Under the pieces are notes generated by a model. The model was not told where the DNA came from, made no database searches, and saw only the letters and a list, made by a program, of their open reading frames with translations. A stretch of 46,766 bases of DNA from the IMG/VR virus record IMGVR_UViG_3300035703_000150, positions 1-46,766 of that record, one strand, 5' to 3'. The position numbers and the translations under genes are program-made. Source of the stretch: a virus. Its lineage: Duplodnaviria > Caudoviricetes. Positions 9,196 to 19,249 of the stretch are shown here, in pieces; position 1 is the stretch's first letter, and each line of letters starts with the position of its first letter.

Positions 9196-9659
9196 TCAAA
9201 ATAAATATTGAAGAAGGTGATATACTTGTTAATTCTGCTTGGGTTTCATTTGAAACACCATCATTAATCATTATTGAACTTGATACATACAGCAAGTATC
9301 CACAAATTGGTTGCTATGGAGAAGATCAAATATCTTTATATGCCGATGATCATACGCTATACAAAGGTGATACAAATAGACAAACAAATGTAGAAATTGA
9401 TTTACCAAAAGATTTCTGTGTTCAAGCAACAAGATTGGGTCGTTATTCAGTTGAGATTTATTGTGTAAACGAAGCGATGATGAGAAAACAAGAAGCAAAA
9501 ATCATTTGGGAAACAAGTAGAGAAAGGTTCTCAAAAGAAACTGAATATGATAAGAAAGTTAGTCAATGTCATCAATATGGTTTGTGTGTTTCTGAACCAG
9601 AACTTTTTGAGAAACAAACATTTTGTACTACTTGTGATATTTGCCCGAGGAAGAAATGA
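9180..9659 (+). CDS. Hypothetical protein
   Basis: ORF with Cys-rich C-terminus. Confidence 0.6.
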   Translation: MDEQVIKINIEEGDILVNSAWVSFETPSLIIIELDTYSKYPQIGCYGEDQISLYADDHTLYKGDTNRQTNVEIDLPKDFCVQATRLGRYSVEIYCVNEAMMRKQEAKIIWETSRERFSKETEYDKKVSQCHQYGLCVSEPELFEKQTFCTTCDICPRKK

Positions 9660-9826
9660 AAAATAAAACTAAAGATGCTTTCAAAACTCGTATGGTGGCA
9701 AATAGAGTTCAAGTTTGGCTAGGCACACCAGAAGAACCTGAATCCGAACTTGTTTTAGATATTGATCTATTCTGGGTTCCAACTCTTATTTCTGTTCTAT
9801 CTCCATTTTCTCTGAGGAAAAAATGA
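9641..9826 (+). CDS. Hypothetical protein
   Basis: ORF; likely start ATG 9656. Confidence 0.55.
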   Translation: MPEEEMKNKTKDAFKTRMVANRVQVWLGTPEEPESELVLDIDLFWVPTLISVLSPFSLRKK

Positions 9827-10083
9827 TACATATTTTAGGTGATGATATTTTTAGTAAATATGTGATAGTGAAGGGTAAAAAACAATTTAAACTTCTCTAT
9901 AAATATGGTGTATTTGGATCTTCCGCATATGATTGGCTAAACCAAGGCAAGATATTAGAACAAGGATATTCTGTCTGTTTATTTAATACAGAAGCAGAAG
10001 CAAGAGAGTTTATTGCTAATCTTCCAGATCAAAAACGATTTAAAGATGCGGTAGTAAAAAACATAACCATTAAATTGATTTGA
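9823..10083 (+). CDS. Hypothetical protein
   Basis: GAGG RBS, ATGA overlap. Confidence 0.6.
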   Translation: MIHILGDDIFSKYVIVKGKKQFKLLYKYGVFGSSAYDWLNQGKILEQGYSVCLFNTEAEAREFIANLPDQKRFKDAVVKNITIKLI

Positions 10084-10090
10084 GGAAGAA

Positions 10091-10564
10091 ATGAAACTAA
10101 AAGACATTCCAAAACATATAACAGAAATAAACCCACCATATTTCTTCCGAACCTTTTACGCTAAATATGGTATTTCTGTTGATGACTTTATGGATATAAA
10201 ACCACTATTCCATATAAGTTATTGGGATGGTCCAGAATCAGGTATTATTGAATGTAAAGGTCACTATTTCTATGCCAAATGTTTATATGAACGAGAACGA
10301 ACATTTTGGGCTTGTTGGGAACTAACAGATAAACAAAAAGAAACTATTTTTAATAGACATAAACTATTCCAAGATAATGTTGGAACACATACCGATTATC
10401 ATTACGATGAAGAAGTAGGATGGAAGAGAAATATAGGTGAAACAAGACCAGAAGAAAACTGGGCTAAATATTATAAAAATCCAGATGTTCCAAAAATAGA
10501 TTATACTGAAATAACAAGTGCCGATATATTTGGAGTATTACATAATCCATTTAGGAGTTGGTGA
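10091..10564 (+). CDS. Hypothetical protein
   Basis: GAGG RBS; YWDGP.SG motif. Confidence 0.65.
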   Translation: MKLKDIPKHITEINPPYFFRTFYAKYGISVDDFMDIKPLFHISYWDGPESGIIECKGHYFYAKCLYERERTFWACWELTDKQKETIFNRHKLFQDNVGTHTDYHYDEEVGWKRNIGETRPEENWAKYYKNPDVPKIDYTEITSADIFGVLHNPFRSW

Positions 10565-10755
10565 TGAATAATCATAGCGATAGTTTGATGATGGCAGTTT
10601 TAGGTTTTATTGTTGGTTCAATAGCGGTTGGTTGTTTCTCTTACTTATCTATGGAAGAGAGACTAAAAGAAAATACCATTAAAGCGTGTGGAGCTTGTGA
10701 TGAAAGAACAAAAATTTGTGGTGAGTTTACTTGCACCAAAGAAGGTTGGAAATGA
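10558..10755 (+). CDS. Small membrane protein with Cys-rich C-terminus
   Basis: One hydrophobic segment and four C-terminal Cys. Confidence 0.55.
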   Translation: MVMNNHSDSLMMAVLGFIVGSIAVGCFSYLSMEERLKENTIKACGACDERTKICGEFTCTKEGWK

Positions 10756-10994
10756 ATAACAGATGTGAAGAATGTGGAAGTTGGGATAGTGAATGTGGTT
10801 CACCTAAACCAATTTTAGATTGTGGCTGTAATCGTTGTTTATCACATACAAATCAGCTTCTACAAAAAAACCTAAAAGGTCTTGAAAACTTCAAAGGTTT
10901 ACCACTTGAAAAAAAGTTAGAGTTCCTTGAACAAATTGGTATTTTAGAAAAAGATGGGGACAAGTATAAACTATCAAAAGACTATGGTGGATAG
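10731..10994 (+). CDS. Zn-finger hypothetical protein
   Basis: CEECG...C...CGCNRC. Confidence 0.55.
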   Translation: MHQRRLEMNNRCEECGSWDSECGSPKPILDCGCNRCLSHTNQLLQKNLKGLENFKGLPLEKKLEFLEQIGILEKDGDKYKLSKDYGG

Positions 10995-11238
10995 AATGAC
11001 TGACCGTTTTCAAGATCAACCTTGGTATATCAAACTATGGAGATATAGACATTATTTGCGTATTCCATATTCCACTATCATCTACAGATATCGTAGCAAA
11101 ATAGCAGAGAAAAACTGGAAACTTGCCTATGATCTTGCTGTTGGTGATGCTCAAATAAAAATGAACTGGCTTTATACGCTTGACGAAGTGAAAGAAACTT
11201 TAGAAAGTAAGAGGCAAACAAATGAGTATGATGTATAA
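10954..11238 (+). CDS. Hypothetical protein
   Basis: ORF in coupled array. Confidence 0.55.
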   Translation: MGTSINYQKTMVDRMTDRFQDQPWYIKLWRYRHYLRIPYSTIIYRYRSKIAEKNWKLAYDLAVGDAQIKMNWLYTLDEVKETLESKRQTNEYDV

Positions 11239-11437
11239 CTTTCTTCTTGAAGAAAACAAGAAGATGGCAAAAGAAAATCAAGAACTGATAGAATTTGTCA
11301 ATAGTGTTCAAGTGGCACTATCTCATCTGCTGCAAGATGGTGATATAATGGAAAGTGGCTTGACTTCTGCTAAAGACCTGTTACAATCTGCTGAAGAACT
11401 TCAAAACAAACATCGGGGTAAAAATGAAAAGTATTGA
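11222..11437 (+). CDS. Hypothetical helical protein
   Basis: ORF in coupled array. Confidence 0.55.
   Translation: MSMMYNFLLEENKKMAKENQELIEFVNSVQVALSHLLQDGDIMESGLTSAKDLLQSAEELQNKHRGKNEKY
11360..11387 (+). promoter_or_regulatory. Sigma70-type promoter for thyX
   Basis: TTGACT-16-TACAAT with TG extension, inside the upstream ORF. Confidence 0.55.
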
Positions 11438-12155
11438 ACTATATGGTGATGGTATTGGTAAAGTAGAACTTGTTGATAGTGTAGGAAGTGACCTTACGAT
11501 TGTGAAAGCAGCTCGAGTTTCATTCGGTGTTGACAAACAAGAGTTAGACGATAAGGATAAAAAACTTATTCGTTACCTTATCAAACACAAGCATACTTCA
11601 ACTTTGGAGCATTGTTTTGTAACTTTTAAATGTGTAGTTCCACTATTTGTCCGTTCACAGCATCATCGTCACCGCACTTGGAGTTATAACGAATGGTCAA
11701 ATCGCTATCGCGATCTAACAAAGCCAGAAAGCAAACCAGAGTTTTATGAACCAAAACAGTTTAGAACTCAACATAAAAGTAATCGGCAAGCAAGCAATGA
11801 AAACCAACTTGTTGATCCTTGGTTGACAGAACCTGATCAATGGGTTCAAGGAAGAACTGCCGCTTCTGCTATTCGCGATCATCATGAAGAATCTGTAAGA
11901 CTTTACAACGAACTAATAGAGAAAGGTGTTTGTCGTGAGCAAGCTCGTGGTGTGCTTCCACAAAATCTTTATACTTCTTATATTGCTTCCGCAAATATCA
12001 ATAATATTTTGAAGTTTATTGATCTTCGCTCTCATGAAGGAGCACAATACGAGATACAAGTTGTGGCTAAGGCTATGCTGCAAATTTTAGAGGATTTGTA
12101 TCCTGAAACCATAAAAGCTTATTACGAAATAAAAAATAGCACAGTGGTTACATAG
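11424..12155 (+). CDS. thyX: Flavin-dependent thymidylate synthase
   Basis: AARVS, H.STLEH, RHRTWSYNEWSNRY, EQARGVLP, LR...AQYEI. Confidence 0.95.
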   Translation: MKSIELYGDGIGKVELVDSVGSDLTIVKAARVSFGVDKQELDDKDKKLIRYLIKHKHTSTLEHCFVTFKCVVPLFVRSQHHRHRTWSYNEWSNRYRDLTKPESKPEFYEPKQFRTQHKSNRQASNENQLVDPWLTEPDQWVQGRTAASAIRDHHEESVRLYNELIEKGVCREQARGVLPQNLYTSYIASANINNILKFIDLRSHEGAQYEIQVVAKAMLQILEDLYPETIKAYYEIKNSTVVT

Positions 12156-12191
12156 TAAAGTAGCAACTATTTATATAGAGGAGAAAAAAAC

Positions 12192-12629
12192 ATGATTCTT
12201 GATTATAAGTATGTAGCTGGTTTATTTGATGGTGAAGGGTGGTTTGAATTAAACCGCTCATCTGGAAAAAGATGGAGAATGAAAAGAGAATATGCTTATT
12301 TTTGTAGAGCTGGTTTACAGATTAGAGAAAAATATATCATAGAGAGTCTGCAAGAAACATTTGGTGGTAAAATTTATACATCAAAGCCAAAATCTGATAA
12401 ACATTCTGTTACTTATAAATGGAATGTTTTTGGAAATCAAGCAGTATGCTTTGCTGATAAAGTCGCTCCATTTTTATTAGCAAAAAAACAACAAGCGGAA
12501 ATATTAGTACAATTCCAGGCTCAGAAAAAAGAAAATGGTAACAAAGCTCTTAGTGATGAAAGATATGCTCTTTATGGCGAATTGCATGAAAAAATGAAAA
12601 TTCTAAACAAAAGAGGAGTTGGAAAATGA
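12192..12629 (+). mobile_element. Free-standing single-motif LAGLIDADG homing endonuclease
   Basis: YVAGLFDGEG motif, FGG turn, PFLLAKKQQAE. Confidence 0.88.
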
Positions 12630-12725
12630 ATAAATTCAAAAAAAGTAGCGGAAGCAATGCGAACAATACTGGAAGATCTTTTCCCAGAAACACTTGCTGC
12701 TTATAATGAAGTAAAAAAGTTATGA
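12630..12725 (+). pseudogene. Orphaned duplicate of the thyX 3' end
   Basis: Translates KVAEAMRTILEDLFPETLAAYNEVKKL*, versus thyX VVAKAMLQILEDLYPETIKAYYEIKN. Confidence 0.85.
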
Positions 12726-12994
12726 TGGATTTATTAGGTTGGATTGGTGGTCTTTGTCTTGCTGTCTGTGCTTTTCCACAGGCAGTAAAGGTTTATAAAG
12801 ATAAAAATGCAGATGGTACAAGTCACGCTATGCTATGGCTGTGGATGATAGGTGAGATCAGCACCTTGTTGTATATTATTTTTGCAAATTTTTCTTACCC
12901 GTTATTCATAAACTATTCTCTAAACATTGTTTTCGTTGCTGTGATATTCTATTACAAATATTTATATGGAAAAATTAGAAAAACTAAATTATGA
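12722..12994 (+). CDS. PQ-loop / SemiSWEET-like three-helix membrane protein
   Basis: FPQAVKVYKDKNADGTS motif, three hydrophobic segments, NY..N in helix 3. Confidence 0.8.
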   Translation: MMDLLGWIGGLCLAVCAFPQAVKVYKDKNADGTSHAMLWLWMIGEISTLLYIIFANFSYPLFINYSLNIVFVAVIFYYKYLYGKIRKTKL

Positions 12995-13727
12995 TACAGT
13001 GATACTTGGTGGAACATTAGAAGCATTAGTGCATAGCTATGTTGAGGGTTTGCCAATAATAATGGTAAATCCTCAAGTTCCATTTTTTCTTGATGTTGAT
13101 ACGCTGGGTTCCAATAAATCAAAAGTATGGGCCAAGTTGTCTTTTTTTCTTTCTTATGCCGGACTAAACCCGCTCAGTCTAAAAGCAGGAAATTATCGTT
13201 TTGATGACAACAACACGATAACAGTTTTTGGAAAGTCGGCATATAAAGTAGAATTTCAATATAATAATATTATTAGATATGATGAGATAAAGCCAACTGA
13301 AAAGTTGAGAGTATTTGATTATCTAAAAGTAAAAAACCTTTTCAATAAAGATATTGAAACAGTAAAACAAATAAATAGTGGAGATGATTTTGTCAATCAT
13401 TTTCGCACAGATATAGATAAAAGTGTTTCTATTATTTGTGCTGTAAGTTCAATAACACAAACTGAAATAGTAAAAGAAGAATATAGTGAAATATATGCTC
13501 GCCTAAAATCAGTGGATATGCTAAAATCAGCAGGAGTATTTGGGTTTATTGAGAATAAAAAAGAGGGTGGGATAAGAAAACATCTCATAAAAGCAACTTC
13601 TCTAAAAAGAGAAGTAATCTACGATAAAGTAGAAGAAGAAAATAAAATACTTCAAGAACGAAAAGAAACAAAAAACCCAATATTGCAAAAAATAACTAAC
13701 ACTTTAGGAAGTCCATATGTTGCGTGA
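12966..13727 (+). CDS. Hypothetical protein with N-terminal Rossmann-like motif
   Basis: YDTVILGGTLEAL beta-alpha unit. Confidence 0.55.
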   Translation: MEKLEKLNYDTVILGGTLEALVHSYVEGLPIIMVNPQVPFFLDVDTLGSNKSKVWAKLSFFLSYAGLNPLSLKAGNYRFDDNNTITVFGKSAYKVEFQYNNIIRYDEIKPTEKLRVFDYLKVKNLFNKDIETVKQINSGDDFVNHFRTDIDKSVSIICAVSSITQTEIVKEEYSEIYARLKSVDMLKSAGVFGFIENKKEGGIRKHLIKATSLKREVIYDKVEEENKILQERKETKNPILQKITNTLGSPYVA

Positions 13728-14649
13728 TATAGAAGATGGTATAAAAAACGAAAACTCTTTTCATCTTGCCGGAATAGTTCCAGTTGCAGGGCAAAAACTT
13801 GATTTCAACTTTCCCTGGCACGATTCGTTTATGCCAGTAGCAAATGATTTATTGGCAGTAGAAAACGCTGTATTGGCTTGTAGCTATGCTGGCTGTGAAA
13901 GTATATGGATCGTTGCACATCGTGAAATGCAGCCTATTTTACGGCATCGTCTGGGTGACTGGTTGTATGACTTTGGCTCTTTGATTCAAGCAAAGTTCGC
14001 ACAAAAACAACCTTCTCATCATCTAAAACCAATATCGCTATATTATGTGCCAATACATCCAAAAGATCGTGATAGGCGTGACTGTCTTGCTTGGAGTGTT
14101 GTTTATGGTTCTTTGAGAGCATTTCACCTATCAAGAACAATAAGTTCATGGGCTGTGCCAGATAAATATTTTGTTTCTTTTCCATATGGTGTTATTCCCA
14201 AAAAAACAATATATGAGCAAAGAGGGATTATAAGTTCCAAGAAAAATTATTACATGGAATATGAAGGCAAAACCGTGAGAGATGGTGAATATTTGCCTTT
14301 TACGTTTGATAAAGAAGACTTTCTAAAGTTTAGGAGAGTGATAAGAAGCGGAACAGGTGTTTATACAAATGCCAGTTTCAACACTGAAACACGGCGTATG
14401 ACACAAGAAAGAATACCAGCAGAACAACAATACAGTGCAAGGCACTTTACGCTTGACAAGGTGTTCGGGTGTGCTACACTGGAGGGGAACAATGTCGGGC
14501 AAACTCCGTGGTATTGCCGAATAGACTCGTGGAAGGGTTATTTAGAATATATGGCAAATGAAAAAGCCTATAAATCTATACGACCCGGTTGGATGAAATA
14601 TCATGAGTGGAATCCGATTGGTCTTGATAAAGAAGATTTGGAGGAATAA
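13717..14649 (+). CDS. Nucleotidyltransferase-like (GT-A fold) protein
   Basis: AGIVPVAG, MPVA, AGCESIWIV and IDSWKGY resemble the NTP-transferase N- and C-termini. Confidence 0.55.
   Translation: MLRDIEDGIKNENSFHLAGIVPVAGQKLDFNFPWHDSFMPVANDLLAVENAVLACSYAGCESIWIVAHREMQPILRHRLGDWLYDFGSLIQAKFAQKQPSHHLKPISLYYVPIHPKDRDRRDCLAWSVVYGSLRAFHLSRTISSWAVPDKYFVSFPYGVIPKKTIYEQRGIISSKKNYYMEYEGKTVRDGEYLPFTFDKEDFLKFRRVIRSGTGVYTNASFNTETRRMTQERIPAEQQYSARHFTLDKVFGCATLEGNNVGQTPWYCRIDSWKGYLEYMANEKAYKSIRPGWMKYHEWNPIGLDKEDLEE
14453..14480 (+). promoter_or_regulatory. Intragenic sigma70-type promoter
   Basis: TTGACA-16-TACACT with TG extension in a locally GC-rich patch. Confidence 0.55.
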
Positions 14650-15060
14650 ATGATTGTGGCAGACCTAACTACTTTAGGAGACTTTGATATGTTACCTAAA
14701 CAACAGCCAGAAAAAATATCTTTTAGAGTTGATGATATTGATAATCAACTTGATTTTGAAAGCATAAAACAAACTGCCAAACAAGCAGAAAAGAAACTTC
14801 TTCTAAACAAATCGTCTGATACACTGACTTCTGCAGAAAAGAAAGCAATACCAATTTACATGAATGATATTATTTCATATGTAAAAAAGTATGCCAAACA
14901 GGGAAAGTTCAAGTTTGAGTATGACTGTAAAAACCTAACAAATACTTGCTTTTTTGAACTAGCAACCGAGTTCAAACAAAAAAATCCACTATTCTTTGTA
15001 ATGACTGACAGTCACATGAAGGTACTAACAGTAGAGTGGACTGGAAAGAACGAAGTTTGA
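14650..15060 (+). CDS. Hypothetical protein
   Basis: GGAGG RBS. Confidence 0.65.
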   Translation: MIVADLTTLGDFDMLPKQQPEKISFRVDDIDNQLDFESIKQTAKQAEKKLLLNKSSDTLTSAEKKAIPIYMNDIISYVKKYAKQGKFKFEYDCKNLTNTCFFELATEFKQKNPLFFVMTDSHMKVLTVEWTGKNEV

Positions 15061-15260
15061 AAGAACCGCAAGTTGGTGATTTAGTTTATGTTCACAATAT
15101 AGGTCTTGGATATATAAAAGAATACCGAGAATATCAAGGTATTCCTTATATGGTTGAGTTTTTCCACGAAAAAGGAGAGTGTTTGTTTTTTACCAAAAAA
15201 TGGTTTGAAAACATAGACAGCGGTAAAAGAAAAGACAAACATTATCCAATTGTAGAATAA
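15036..15260 (+). CDS. Small SH3/KOW-like paralog
   Basis: PQVGDLV...GLGYI...YMVEF. Confidence 0.6.
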   Translation: MDWKERSLKEPQVGDLVYVHNIGLGYIKEYREYQGIPYMVEFFHEKGECLFFTKKWFENIDSGKRKDKHYPIVE

Positions 15261-15278
15261 CCAACTAAACAACACAAC

Positions 15279-15316
15279 TTGACATGCTTATCAAAGCCAC
15301 TTACAATGTGGCTTTG
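15279..15316 (+). promoter_or_regulatory. Sigma70-type promoter with -10 in the loop of an inverted repeat
   Basis: TTGACA-17-TACAAT; CAAAGCCAC-TTACAAT-GTGGCTTTG. Confidence 0.65.
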
Positions 15317-15374
15317 CTACTGTTTACAAACAGAGGAAAAAATGACTGAGCGTGTAGTTTCTAATAGGTGATAT

Positions 15375-15605
15375 GTGAAATACAAAGTTGGTGATGTTTT
15401 TATATTCAGAGAATACATCCCAACTCATGACGAAGATCCACTTTTGTTGGAACTAATGCAACCATTATATAACACTATTGGAATAGTGCTATCTGTCATA
15501 GAACACCCAAGTGGAAGCACATCATATATATGTTATTCTCAAAAAGATATGCGAGAACTACACATACCAGCCAACTTTATAACGGAGTTGATAAGTGAAG
15601 TATAA
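15375..15605 (+). CDS. Small SH3/KOW-like paralog
   Basis: MKYKVGDVF...IGIV. Confidence 0.6.
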   Translation: MKYKVGDVFIFREYIPTHDEDPLLLELMQPLYNTIGIVLSVIEHPSGSTSYICYSQKDMRELHIPANFITELISEV

Positions 15606-15789
15606 TATTGGTGATCTGCTTATTCTTCCTTGTATTTGTTTGAATGGATATATTGTCAAGTCTAATAAACTGGGAGTTGTTATAAGAGAGTTTCATACCC
15701 AGGACAGGTATTCTTATACTAAAAGAAAACTTGAACATTTTTTGACTTACCAAGATTCGCAGCATTTTTCTATCAATAAAGAGGTATAA
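15595..15789 (+). CDS. Small SH3/KOW-like paralog
   Basis: MKYNIGDLL...NGYIV. Confidence 0.55.
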   Translation: MKYNIGDLLILPCICLNGYIVKSNKLGVVIREFHTQDRYSYTKRKLEHFLTYQDSQHFSINKEV

Positions 15790-18700
15790 ATGACAAACAC
15801 AAATGAGAAAGGAGGCATCAAGGAAAAGCTCGTTTCGAGTATCAAGTTCACTGGACTTCACTCACATTCGGGCTTTTCCTAATGGTGCCATTGGAGATGG
15901 CTTGGGCCTTCCTTCGCAACATCTTGATTTTGCTTACCAAAATGGTCTTGATGCTTTTGCTCTAACAGATCACGGAACAGGAGCAGGTATTTCTTATCTT
16001 GTTCTTCATGCCAAGAAAATGGCAAAAGAAGGCAAGAACATCAAAACCATTTATGGTTGTGAAATGTATTTCCATCCGGATCTGGATCAGTGGAGAAAAG
16101 ATAAGGAAAATATTGAGAAAACAACAAAAGCCAAGAAAGATGATGAAGAAATCAGCGGAGCCTTTGTTGAGGACGAAGAAGAAACAAAGAAAAGCAAGAA
16201 AAGTATTCTAAACAAGCGTTCGCATCTTGTTCTTCTGGCACAAAACCAACAGGGTCTAAACAACCTTTATAAACTCATTTCTATGAGTTACAACAACGAA
16301 AACTATTATCGCTTTCCTCGTATTGACTATAAAATGCTGAAACAATATAATGAAGGCATCATCGCAAGTTCCGCTTGTATGGGTGGCGTTTTATCAACTG
16401 ATTATTGGGAAAACCGTGAAGCAGGAACGGATGCTGTTCTAAACGCCATGCGAGGAACAACCAAGAAAATGGTTGATATCTTTGGTGATCGTTGGTATGG
16501 CGAACTTCAATGGAATGGCTTGCCCATTCAGCATGAAATCAATAAATATGTTGTTCAAGTATGCGAGGAGTTTGGTGTAAAGCTTATTAGTACAGCAGAT
16601 AGTCATTATCCTTCACCAGATGCTTGGAAAGATAGAGAGATCTATAAGCGTATTTCCTATATGTCTTCTGGAAGACAAATAGATACAAACCTGCCAAACT
16701 CTATTGATGATATGGAATATGAGCTATATCCAAAAAATGGCGATCAAATGTGGGAGGCATATAAGAAATATTCAGCTAAGTGTGGTGTTCACTATGATGA
16801 TGAACTTGTTCTCAAGTCTATAGAGGAAACGTACCATATCGCTCATAATCGTATTGAAACATTTTATCCAGATAACCAAGTTCGTTTGCCAGACTTCCTT
16901 CTTCCAGAAGGAAAAACAGCGGAACAAACACTTGATGACCTTGCTGAAAATGCCCTTCGCGATATGAAAAAATGGAGCAATAAAGAATATCACGATAGGC
17001 TTTTGCGAGAGTTGAAAGTTATCAAAGATCGTGGTTTCGCAAAATACTTTGTGACAATGAAGGCCATTTCTGATCGGGCAAACAAAAGTTATTTTACTGG
17101 TCCCGGTCGCGGTTCAGCAGCAGGTTCTCTTGTTGCTTATGTTCTTGGTATTACACAAGTTGATCCGATCAAGTATAAACTGCAGTTTGAACGATTCTTG
17201 TCATCAACAGCAACAGACTATCCAGATATTGACTATGATGTAAGTGACGCGATGGGTCTAAAGCAAAACCTTATTGAAGAATGGGGAGAAAACCGTGTTG
17301 TTCCAATTACAAACTGGAACACGCTACAACTTCGCTCTCTTATCAAAGATATTGGTAAGTTTTATGGTGTTGATTTTCAAGAAGTAAATGCTGTAACCAG
17401 TAAAATGTTGTTTGAAGCAACACCACAAGCGAAAGCAGAGCATGGTATTACTGCTGGTGTTTATACTCCAACTTTTGATGAGGTAATGAAATATTCAAAA
17501 ACACTTCAAGACTTTTTGGATAAATACCCAAACATCAAAACACATGTAAATCAACTTTATGGTTCAATCCGTAGCGCATCTCGTCATGCTGGTGGAATAG
17601 TTGTAGGAGAAAACCTTGACGAATGGATGCCACTAATCAATAGCAAGGGTGTTCGTCAAACTCCGTGGGCAGAAGGTCAAAATGTTCGTCATCTTGAGCC
17701 AATGGGTTTTATCAAGTTTGATGTTCTTGGTCTTGAAACTCTTTCTACAATGGAAAAGGCTGTATTTCATATTCTGCGAAGACACAAGGGTGTAAAAAAT
17801 CCAACATTTGAAGATGTAAAAAGTTTTTACAATCAACATCTACATCCAGATGTGCTGGATATGAATGATGGTGAAGTATATAAAAATATATTCCACAATG
17901 GAAGTTTTCCAGGTATTTTTCAGTTTACAGAGGTCGGTGCTCAAAGTTTTTGTCAGCGTGTAAAACCTAACAACATTGTAGATATTTCTTCTATCACTTC
18001 TATTTTCCGTCCCGGACCTCTGTCTGCTGGCGTAGATAAATCGTTTGCCGAAAGCAAGAACGATCCAGATAGTGTTATTTACGAACACGAACTTATCAAG
18101 GAGGCAACGCAAGAAACATATGGCTACCTCGTCTTCCAGGAGCAGATTGCTCTACTCGCTCATAAACTTGGTCGTGATATTTCTCTTGATGAGGGCAACT
18201 CTCTGCGAAAAGTGCTAACAAAAAAAGGCACAGGAAAAGAAGCAGAGGTAAAAGATAAACTACACGAAAAGTTTATCAATGGTTGTATAGATAAAGGCAT
18301 TGGAAAACAAGTTGGTGAAAAACTATGGCAGAAGTTTATTTACTTCTCTGGATATGGTTTCAATAAAAGCCATGCTGTTTGCTATTCTATTATTTCTTAT
18401 CAGTGTGCTTGGCTTTATAACTATTATCCAAGTGAATGGCTTGCTGCCTATCTTGATAGTCAACCGGATACAAAGAAAGAAAAAGCAGTAAATATTGTAA
18501 AAGCAGCAGGATATAAAGTTCAAGGCGTTGATATCAACAAGTCCGGAAAAGTATGGGAAATCAGCGATGATGGACGCACACTTGTTCAACCACTGTCAGC
18601 AATCAAAGGTGTTGGAGATGCGGCAATAAAAGAAATATTGGATCATCGCCCATTCAAAACAGTTGAAGATTTTCTTTTTCATCCACGGATCAGTTACAGC

Positions 18701-19249
18701 AAACTCAATAAAAAGAATATTGACGCTCTTTGTCGTAGTGAAGCACTTGTGAGTTTGATGGATGCTCGTTTTGCAGGAGGTAAACATTTTTGGTCCGCTA
18801 TTGCTGTTGATCGTCCAAGAAAGCCAGAAAATCTAACAGAAAACATTAAAACATATGCTCCCGAAGGTGATTTCAGCAGAGATGAAAAGATTCTCAACAC
18901 TTTGGAGTTGACAGGTGTGTATCCAATCAGTATGATAGTTTCTCCCGAAGTCCAGCAAAAACTGGAAGAAAAAATGATTCCACCACTTGGGTCATTTGAT
19001 CCAGACCTTGGTGTCTGTTGGTTTATTCCAAAAAGCATAGAAAAGAAAACAACAAAAAATGGAAAGAACTATTTGATTGTAGAAGCTATTGATGATACAA
19101 ATATTGTTACAAAGATCAAATGCTGGGCTTTTGATCCAAAGAAAGATACTATACATGTCAATAGACCATATGTTTCTAAGCTTGATTACCAAGAAGATTG
19201 GGGATTCAGCACAAGAAGTATTGGTAAAAACTTCAAACTTATCGGATGA
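15790..19249 (+). CDS. dnaE: DNA polymerase III alpha subunit, reading frame interrupted at 15880-15889
   Basis: ALTDHG, GPGRGSAAGSLVAY, PDIDYD, KFDVLGL, FQEQ, YGFNKSHA. Probable start ATG 15790 (GAGG RBS) encodes FTGLHSHSGFS in a different frame from the body. Confidence 0.95.

Noticed and set aside
12156-12640. Group I intron in thyX
   Set aside because: thyX is complete before the endonuclease, and the flanks (under 40 nt) are too short for a ribozyme core.
15803-15889. ORF-track start of dnaE (MRKEASRK...)
   Set aside because: It has no clear RBS and lacks the HxH PHP ligands, which are encoded in the frame starting at 15790.
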